Assembly (NCBI GenBank): GCA_035285125.1 | Contig: JAYKHR010000015.1 | Location: forward strand, 1-15,126 | DNA from: Candidatus Sericytochromatia bacterium | GTDB taxonomy: Bacteria; Cyanobacteriota; Sericytochromatia; S15B-MN24; JAQBPE01 | DNA: 15,126 bases | Direction of reading: 5' to 3' | In this document: piece by piece, positions 15,020 to 15,126 of the stretch | How the letters are laid out: every line of letters begins with the position of its first letter | How positions within the stretch are numbered: the first letter of the stretch is position 1 | Made by a program: the position numbers and the translations under genes | The notes under the pieces: model-generated | What the model was told of the DNA's origin: nothing | Databases searched by the model: none | Seen by the model: only the letters and a program-made list of their open reading frames with translations

Positions 15020-15126
15020 ATGGCCAAGTACGACCCCGCCAGCCTCGAGCCCAAGTGGCAGCAGTTCTGGGACGCCAACCGGACCTTCAAGACTCCGGAC
15101 CTGCCCACGAAGCCCAAGTACTACGT
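15020..15126 (+). CDS. leuS: Leucine--tRNA ligase, 5' end (truncated by window)
   Basis: GGAGA (15009-15013) then ATG 15020, reading MAKYDPASLEPKWQQFWDANRTFKTPDLPTKPKYY(V). This matches the LeuRS N-terminal pattern Y-x-P-x-x-(I/L)E-x-KWQ-x-x-W...KYY. ValRS begins similarly, but KWQ and KPKYY favour LeuRS. Confidence 0.85.
   Translation, partial: MAKYDPASLEPKWQQFWDANRTFKTPDLPTKPKYY

Noticed and set aside
1..15126. Mobile element, prophage, tRNA/rRNA or known defence gene
   Set aside because: No transposase, integrase, phage, cas or structural RNA signatures were recognised, and composition looks uniform apart from the promoter patch near 1166-1206.

Overview
Very GC-rich bacterial chromosomal window with no mobile element, CRISPR array or RNA gene that I can support. 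Left to right: the 3' end of an unnamed gene and two small orphan ORFs (+); a GNAT acetyltransferase (+) behind a near-consensus sigma70 promoter in a short AT-rich patch; a fold-type I PLP aminotransferase and an aldehyde dehydrogenase (-); an orphan ORF (+); and a PcaF/PaaJ-type thiolase (-). Next is a tightly spaced two-gene unit (-). It encodes a 1608-aa Ser/Thr kinase-STAND ATPase-TPR-like-GAF-GGDEF protein and a ~1076-aa NHL/beta-propeller lipoprotein whose likely start is GTG 9990, not 10749. The first 35 codons of a divergent leuS (+) close the window. The best candidate for an undescribed system is the kinase-STAND-diguanylate cyclase plus lipoprotein pair, with a possible three-way-junction RNA just upstream of its ribosome-binding site. 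All family calls come from motifs read by eye; no database search was run.
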